Below, one piece after another: positions 63,352 to 64,000 of a stretch of 64,000 nucleotides of DNA (positions are counted from its first letter, which is position 1; each line of letters begins with the position of its first letter). Position numbers and translations under genes: made by a program. The notes below the pieces were generated by a model. That model worked only from the letters and a program-made list of their open reading frames with translations, was not told the DNA's origin and searched no databases. The stretch is taken from contig JBHGNT010000020.1 in assembly GCA_043228905.1 (NCBI GenBank), positions 5,084,001 to 5,148,000 of the forward strand, in the 5' to 3' direction. This DNA comes from Azolla caroliniana. Lineage: Eukaryota > Plantae > Polypodiophyta.

Positions 63352-64000
63352 TATTGGGAGACAGGTCCCTCTGGATGGGAAGTGAGAAGATCAGTGACGA
63401 TGAACAAACTCGGCCGAGGCCGATAGGCTGAGGCCGAAACCGTATGAGGAGGGACCCGGCTACGGAGAGCCGGATGGTGCAGGCCCGGTATGAACCGGAT
63501 GAGGAGTACCCGGTTACGGAGAGCCGGATGGTGCAGGCCCAGTATGAACCAGATGAGGAGTACCCGGTTACGGAGAGCCGGATGGTGCAGGCCCGGTATG
63601 AACCGGATGAGGAGTACCCGGCTACGGAGAGCCGGATAGTGCAGGCCCGGTATGAACCGGATGAGGAGTACCCGGCTACGGAGAGCCGGATGGTGCAGGC
63701 CCGGTATGAACCGGAGGAAGAGACATATTCGTAAATATGTTTCTGAGAGCCCATTGTGGCTATATTTGTTAATAGCCGAAAAGTCATATTAGTATAAATG
63801 ACTTAGGGCAAACTAATAGATTGTTGTTAATTTTCTTGTTGGTGCAAGAAGAAGAGAGAGTGCGCAACTGTATAGAGAGAGAGAGAGAGACGAGGTCGTT
63901 GCCTCTGTTGAAACCGCCGCCTGTGGCGAAGATCGTGAGCACGAGGTCGTTGCCTCCGTGAACTCACTTTTTTGTACATTCTTACATAGTGACAGTTTGC
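63352..64000 (+). repeat. Copia-family LTR running off the window end
   Basis: Start TATTGGGAG..GGTCCCTC.GGATGGGA and downstream blocks match the reverse complements of 34658-35288 and 5426-5751. Confidence 0.85.
63455..63718 (+). repeat. 54-bp tandem repeat (~5 units) in LTR U3
   Basis: CCCGG(C/T)TACGGAGAGCCGGATGGTGCAGGCCCGGTATGAACCGGATGAGGAGTA at 63455, 63509, 63563, 63617 and 63671. Confidence 0.95.

Noticed and set aside
63347-63787. Repeat-protein ORFs on both strands
   Set aside because: By-product of a 54-bp (multiple of 3) tandem repeat in an LTR.

Overview
Land-plant nuclear DNA, most likely a fern or other non-seed plant (inferred from Tcn1-type chromoviruses). It is a deeply nested transposon landscape around one intact host gene: a 3-exon CASP-like (CASPL5-type) gene on the minus strand (7971-17397, 207 aa) with a Copia element in its 8.5-kb first intron. 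The rest is decayed Ty1/Copia and Ty3/Gypsy elements. These include two complete Tcn1-type chromoviruses, a very young gag-only element with apparently identical LTRs, a non-coding LTR element, two copies of one tRNA-derived SINE, and a 7-kb TIR element (8-bp TSD) carrying a processed RPL35 pseudogene. The most unusual signals involve tRNA-like sequence: (1) A/B-box modules fixed antisense at the U3 start of two otherwise dissimilar LTR families; (2) a SINE with two convergent tRNA-like modules; (3) an LTR element with a tRNA-Arg-complementary site next to both LTRs and no PPT; (4) Tf1-like self-priming sites that co-vary between the two chromoviruses, plus a conserved -1 frameshift signal. 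Everything was read by eye; tRNA matches and lineage names rely on recalled consensus and need database confirmation.
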